64,000 nt of DNA, taken from positions 32,001 to 96,000 of the forward strand of contig CAVSHO010000007.1 of NCBI GenBank assembly GCA_963727825.1. The letters run 5' to 3'. The position numbers and the translations under genes are program-made. Numbering within the stretch: the stretch's first letter is position 1; every line of letters begins with the position of its first letter. This DNA comes from Ignavibacteriota bacterium (lineage in GTDB: Bacteria; Bacteroidota; Ignavibacteria; UBA10030). Below the pieces are notes generated by a model. The model was given only the letters and a program-made list of their open reading frames with translations. It had not been told where the DNA came from and ran no database searches. Positions 63,195-64,000 of this stretch are shown piece after piece.

Positions 63195-63216
63195 GTATTA
63201 GAACAGGTTATCGGAA

Positions 63217-64000
63217 ATGGGAAATCAAATTCGCGTTCGTTTTGCACCAAGCCCTACAGGATATTTACACGTAGGCGGGTTACGCACAGCATTATATAAT
63301 TATCTATTTGCAAAACACTTTGGCGGTAAATTCATTCTTCGCATTGAAGATACTGATCAATCGCGCAAAGTTGAAGGTGCGGTTGAAAATTTGATCGAAA
63401 CTCTGAAATGGTCTGGAATTGAATATGATGAAGGTCCTGACCGTGATGGTGGTCGTGGTCCGTATGTGCAATCTCAACGTTTAGAATTGTACCGCAAGTA
63501 TGCACAAGAACTCATCAGCAAGGATAAAGCGTATCATTGTTTCTGTACATCTGAACGATTGCAGGAAGTTCGTAAAAAACAATTGGCCGCAAAACTTTCT
63601 CCTTCGTACGACCGCCATTGCCGAAATGTATCTCGAGAAGAAGCGGAACGCCGAGTTGCAGCAGGTGAGCAAAATGTCATCCGCATGAAAATACCACTCG
63701 AAGGTGAATTATCATTTGATGATGTTATTCGCGGCAAAGTAACCATTTCTCATAAGATGATAGACGATCAAGTGCTTATCAAGTCAGATGGATTCCCGAC
63801 ATATCACCTTGCAGTTGTTGTCGATGATCATTTAATGGGAATTACACACGTCATTCGCGGCGAAGAGTGGCTGTCGAGTGTCCCGAAACATATTCTGATA
63901 TATAACTATTTCGGATGGGAATTGCCGGTGCTTGCGCATCTTCCATTGTTATTGAATCCTGATAAATCTAAACTCAGCAAGCGTCAAGGAGATGTAGCGG
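63217..64000 (+). CDS. gltX: Glutamate--tRNA ligase (partial, runs off window; not in ORF track)
   Basis: [32 protein letters not shown]...LRIEDTD...THVIRGEEW...KLSKR. Confidence 0.97.
   Translation, partial: MGNQIRVRFAPSPTGYLHVGGLRTALYNYLFAKHFGGKFILRIEDTDQSRKVEGAVENLIETLKWSGIEYDEGPDRDGGRGPYVQSQRLELYRKYAQELISKDKAYHCFCTSERLQEVRKKQLAAKLSPSYDRHCRNVSREEAERRVAAGEQNVIRMKIPLEGELSFDDVIRGKVTISHKMIDDQVLIKSDGFPTYHLAVVVDDHLMGITHVIRGEEWLSSVPKHILIYNYFGWELPVLAHLPLLLNPDKSKLSKRQGDVA

Overview
64-kb bacterial chromosomal window, most likely Ignavibacteria / Bacteroidota-Chlorobi lineage (inferred from gene content such as ccmCDE, bshB1 and yitJ-type metH/metF, protein style, and sigma70-like TTGACA/TATAAT promoters). 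Most of it is housekeeping: xseAB, dxs, ribD/ribE, secG, tRNA-Lys, rplM-rpsI, rpsB-tsf-pyrH-frr, polA, rsfS, argS, accA/B/C, efp, gcvH, gltX. There is also a ~22-kb surface-polysaccharide cluster, two-component genes and a CBM-GH30 hydrolase. Several core genes (polA, argS, bshB1 and others) are split by single-base frameshifts, probably assembly errors. Accessory signals are a decayed restriction-modification island around an intact NucS-like nuclease, ORF6N palindromic cassette fragments, MITE/REP elements and an IS1595 remnant. The strongest signal is a tRNA-Ser locus at 61.85-63.1 kb. There, small GIY-YIG nuclease genes alternate with intact and partial tRNA-Ser copies, and three partial copies are interrupted at a G^CT site by a covarying double-hairpin element (TC-hairpin-AGATCK-hairpin-GA).
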